Below, one piece after another: positions 59,319-64,000 of a stretch of 64,000 bases of DNA; the stretch's first letter is position 1, and each line of letters opens with the position of its first letter. A program made the translations under genes and the position numbers. The notes under the pieces were generated by a model. That model was not told the origin of the DNA. It did not search any database and saw nothing but the letters and a program-made list of their open reading frames with translations. This stretch comes from Gonapodya sp. JEL0774. Lineage: Eukaryota. The stretch lies in NCBI GenBank assembly GCA_027604505.1, contig JADIIX010000014.1:62001-126000 (forward strand), written 5' to 3'.

Positions 59319-61328
59319 CGGAGAAAGTTCACTAAAGAAACCCCCGAGTGCATAAGAAATACGTAGAGTTCCGAGGAGTGACGAAGCATCTGGGTCATCG
59401 GTTTACTCACCGTGGAATGGGCCGAGATCGCGGTGGTTCACCGACGTCGATTCCTTTGTGTTCCAATCGACCGTTTTATGGAGTCACAAGACAGATTACC
59501 TTAGAATCACGCAAGTCCGGTTCAATCGCGGTCCCTGGAATTTGGCGATGCGCCATCGTTCCCAATAAATTGAATGCGACTACCTGGCTAATATATTATG
59601 GATCAGTTTGGCCGCTTCGGCCCGACAGTCCCCAGTACCGCAAGTTCCGCACCATTGATTCAAGGTGAACTTTCAAGTCGTGCCTGCCAGAGGCGCGGCA
59701 TTATAGTCCAGGAACGGTTGTTAATAACCGACAATAACAGAATAAGATGGCGAAGCATTTTGCTGTCGCGCTTGCTCGTGGGATGAGTGTGATAAACTGG
59801 CACTATATAGGCTTGAGCGATGCCAGTGGAGATGTAGTAGATACTGGTAGAGGAGGATACAGTGTATGTTACAAATGCAAGCGCTTGGTATCAGCTCTGG
59901 TCCTGCCGTGGGAAAGGGCCCGCATCAGTTATGTCAGGCAGTGCGCGTCCAATTTCAGTCCAATCTCAAAAACATTACTGACGTTTGGATATCACGATGG
60001 GGGGCCAGTGTTCCGCTTCCAATATTCTGAGATGCATTCACCACATTCCTTGAATTGACACCCCAGATACAGAAGACGCGAGGTTAGTTTAATGAATTTT
60101 TCATAAAATTGAATGGGAAGAAGCAAGATTCCCCAGTGACGAATGAGTTCAGGCGAATAAATCGGATGAAAACGATGTCCTTGGGCTGAGCGCCGCCCTA
60201 GAGTGACCATTCCCACGGTTTCCATCCAACAATCTTTGAATCGTAAACGCCGCCCCCGAACAACGCCACAAACGTGTTCTAAGCCGCTGAGTGCGTTCTT
60301 TTGAACCTTGCTGTCTCGCTTCTCGGACTTCCTGTCCAACCGCTTTCACCTTGTTCAGCGCAGCTCCAGTTCGATTCAGATTCCCCAGAGCCAGTTTCTA
60401 ACCCGTGCCCGTCACCACTTCATCGGTTCCGGTCATGGTGTAATCACCTGCGGAGTTCCGGTTGGTAGATGATGGGGGCTGCTTCGAGTTGGAAATCACG
60501 CGGGGCATTTTGAGCAGAACAGAACGACTCGACTTTGGGAGTCTCGTCAAAGTTTCTCTCTCCGGTCGTCTCTTCTTAATGCTTTACCTTACCTATGATC
60601 TTCGAACATGAAGAACATCATGCATTCACGTCCGACTTCTACTTCAACTTTCATCTTCCACTTCTCTGCTACATTTATTTCACCTCGTTACTATATCATT
60701 CGTAGCAACGCATCAATGTATCTACCTAGCCTTGTCGTTCAACCCAGCTTGGTCCGCCGGGAGGGTTGTGCGGGCCAACAACACCTCCCACCCAGAGCCA
60801 CCGGCGCGTGGGGGTAAAACACAAACTCTTACACGATCTTTTCTTTGTGGGCTTTGCTCTCGTGGTGTCTCTCCCTAGTGTACTTATTTCTGCTTTCACA
60901 TTCCGTATTTCCCCTACTGAGAGGAATTCAAACATGGGCATGTCATGACCTATCAACAGTCGGCTTCACATCGATTGCGTTGATGCGTGTTTCATAAAAT
61001 ACGAGACCATTCCAGTACCTACTGGTTTGTTATGAACCTCATTGTCATAAAACACACGCTCGTGGGTGGTTGTTTCCATGTCACTGCGCAGGTTGGCATT
61101 GCACATGCAGAAGACGAATCCTCAATTCAATTAAGACTGGAAATACCACAACATATCTACATTGACAGTATAAAACTCTGCCCGAATCAAGTAACTACGT
61201 GCACGTCCACCTCCCCGCGCACTGTGTCAAACTCGAAGCCCAACATCCTATCATCCCATTCTATCCCACAAACGATCACTGAACTGTTTGCTCACGTTGC
61301 ATGTCCACTCAGAAAGCTCCGAAGAGCC

Positions 61329-64000
61329 TCAATTCCGTTGTGATCGTGACTTCGACTTTGGCGTCCGAGGCGTTTGCAGCGCAGGTAACTGCAGCGAAAC
61401 TCCTGGCAGCGGTAACGCACCAACTCCCGCCCCACCTTGGGCCACCAACGGTGCACCCGGCAAGGTTCCCCCTGCTGCCCCAACACGGTCCGATTCTACA
61501 TCTGCTAAACTCTCGATGGGATTAGCGATTCCGCCGGCAAATACGCGTCGAGCATCTTCCCCGTCAGTGGTGACCTCCTCAATGAGCTGGTCCAGGTTCT
61601 TTGAGGTCCTTTCGCGGTAGTCAATGATCGCGTCCACGACGATGGAAAGCTCCGTCGCGGCTTTCTCGCTGATCTCCTCTGCAAGACGTTCTAATTCGTG
61701 GTACCTAGAGACAGACAGCCGCAGACTTCCATAATACGATCATGACGAATTTGTCCGACGTTCTCGGAACTCACTCTGCCTCTAAGCTCTTCTTTCTCTC
61801 CTGAGCTTCCTTCAACCCTGCATTCATATCACCCTTGAGCTGTCGCAAGGCCAGTTCAATCTTTTCCGCCTCCGCGTTAGCAGCGGCGCTCTCTTCTTTA
61901 GACGACTGTGCGGGGCGACGGACACAATAAAATGAAGGGTTCGAGCTCCCTCACGTGAAACCTTCTCTTATCTCACCTCAAACTCCCTCGAATACTCATC
62001 GGCCAGGCGTTTAACCAGAAGCACCTGTTCGTGCACCTCGTCCGACTTCACAGAAGTCTGTTCTGAGATCCGATCTCGCTTCTCCTGGAACGCTAGAACT
62101 TCTTCGTCAGCTCGGCGAATACGATCCTTGACGGTGCTCATAAGTTTGAAGAGGGCGGGCTGAGCGCGTAGTACGTATTCCCCCCGTACGTTAGTTCCAA
62201 ATCAGATCACAGAGCACCAGACGGCCAATATTTGGTTCAGAGTAGCCCACCTTTATTACTCTTTCTAAATCCACACTTCCAACATCCTCCTTACTTTTCG
62301 GTTGAGGGTTCAACTCTAGTTCGTACTTCACACCCGCTGCGTTTGTCGACGACGGTTCCAGCAAATCCATTCGGTAGCACGCTGCATTGTATTCTTGGAC
62401 CTTTTTTTCGAGCTAAAATGGAAGCGTTTGGATACGGGTATGTTCGAAAACATTGATTCTGTGGCTCTTCGTTGATCACGCAGGGTGGCAAAGGAGTAAC
62501 ATACCCGATCAAACACCTTCTGGCCCGCAATCTCCGAATCCCATGCCATCTGGGACAATTCCTCTCCTTTACTAGAAACGACCTGAATCTGCCGGGCTAA
62601 ACTCTCCTTCTCGGCGTTCATGCGGTCAACGTCCTCGGGGCGGATCTCTTGCGCGTCCACCACTTCTTGCAGACGGGTTCGCTCGAGGGTGATTTCAGCA
62701 AGTTGAGACTCTGGCGAATCCATGATTTTCGATGGTAACACGAATTGTGAGCGACCGAGGAGCATCGCAACTCTATCTACAGAAACCCACCCATTGCCTT
62801 GGTCTCCTGAATGTCATTGTTCCACCCCTCGGTCTCAGCTTGTACCTTTTTCTTCAAATGCGAATTATACTTTTCGTAGTTCCGCATGTCGCCTTGGCGA
62901 TTGAGGTTGTCGGCTTTGAGGATCGCCAGCGGGTCCTATATGAATGCAAGAAGGATAAAAATCAGCCAATGAGTTGCATACCGCTCGGTGTGCGGAAGGA
63001 AAAGGGTATGGCGCATCTTTGTGATGCTACTCACCGTCCCTTCGCCCAACCTCACGAGCGACTCCTCCAAGGCCTCGGATTGGCGTTGCAGTTGCTCAAT
63101 CTGGCCCAACACCGCACCAGTTTTCTTATCTGAGAACGAAGATCAGTGATTGCATGAGCACATGTCCCTCGAAAAAGGGACTGCAACCGATCACAAACGC
63201 GACCCCCGTACCACCCACCGTACGTATTGACCAACTCCCTATCCATCGCGTCGAAATTATCTCCTCCTGCTAAGAACACTTCATACGCCCTGGAGACGTA
63301 CTCGAAGAATGTGCGTTCACCCGAGGCGGCCGGATCTTGCTGGGAAGCGAAGCCGTTGTCGGCGAAGTCCGAATTTTGTTCGAGAGGGTCTGCGTGTTCG
63401 GATGCCTGAGGACGTGGGTGAGAAGGGTGGGATGGGAATGGATTCGTCGGCGGTTGGTCCGTTCATAAGGTATTTATGTTGTGTGGTTGTGTGGTGGCAG
63501 GAGGGGAACATCCATTTGTGATGATTCTATCCAGGCGCGCCAACGTGTCCCCAAACCCCAACCATCCCAACCATCACGCCACTCACCACGACGAGTTCCA
63601 TCATCCACATCAAAATACCGAGACAAGTGGGCCACGAGTGCATCGAGCCCACCGATATCATGTGAGATTTGGTGATTGAGTCGGCGAAGGGGTATCTATG
63701 GATGTGATTGGAAGCAAGAGTGAGTTGAGTGGAGCTCAAGTGAAGTTCAAGTTTCCGACAGGAATGCGGTCACTTTCATGACTTGTCTGCTTCAATTATC
63801 GAAGGGTTTCTTCCGCGTAGGGTGACCCGCTCCGGACTTGGAGGGGTGTGTGGGTGCCAACCGAACACACGTGTCCCTGCTTCTCTCTCCACATACATGG
63901 ACACCAGGCAGCTGGCTGAGTACTAACAAAGCATCGTCCAGAAGTTTCTCGCCACTTCGGTGAATGGCATTCCACCACTCCAGTCTTTGACCGACTCACT
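61329..64000 (-). CDS. NDC80: Kinetochore protein NDC80/HEC1 (5' part outside the window)
   Basis: YPFADSITKSHMISVGSMHSWPTCLGILMWMMELV, FFEYVSRAYEVFLAGGD and VDAQEIRPEDVDRMNAEKE, followed by a long coiled coil. Confidence 0.9.

Noticed and set aside
60279..60508. Spliced 43-aa minus-strand sORF (MPRVISNSK..RTHSAA)
   Set aside because: No recognisable motif; cannot be distinguished from chance without expression data.
63697..63999. Small hairpins in a ~300-nt NDC80 intron and a GGGTGCC..GGCTGAG motif
   Set aside because: No box motifs or complete riboswitch/RNase P consensus.

Overview
Gene-dense, intron-rich eukaryotic nuclear DNA. It is most consistent with an early-diverging zoosporic fungus, possibly Gonapodya/Monoblepharidomycete-like; this is inferred from gene content (opsin-like class A GPCR, plant-type LRR surface protein, TRAPPC11, short GT-AG introns). 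Housekeeping genes recognised by motif: URB2 (3' end outside the window), DBP10/DDX54, UTP5/WDR43, a sterol desaturase/C4-methyl oxidase family gene, UBA3, TRAPPC11, a PGM2-type phosphosugar mutase and NDC80 (5' end outside the window). Accessory genes: an opsin-like GPCR lacking the retinal lysine, an intronless 20-LRR receptor-like protein, three glycosyltransferase-like membrane proteins (two are paralogues), a secreted Reeler-like protein, a bacterial/IRBP-type S41 peptidase and a large orphan with GIY-YIG-like motifs. Non-coding: a tRNA-Val(CAC) with a C1:C72 mismatch plus two decayed tandem copies, an intronic H/ACA snoRNA in DBP10 whose pocket fits the 18S site equivalent to human Psi1625, and an unclassified ~200-nt structured RNA candidate in UTP5 intron 1. 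Many exons switch abruptly from C-rich 5' halves to G-rich 3' halves. Gene models were built by eye, so internal exon boundaries are approximate, and no database searches were run.
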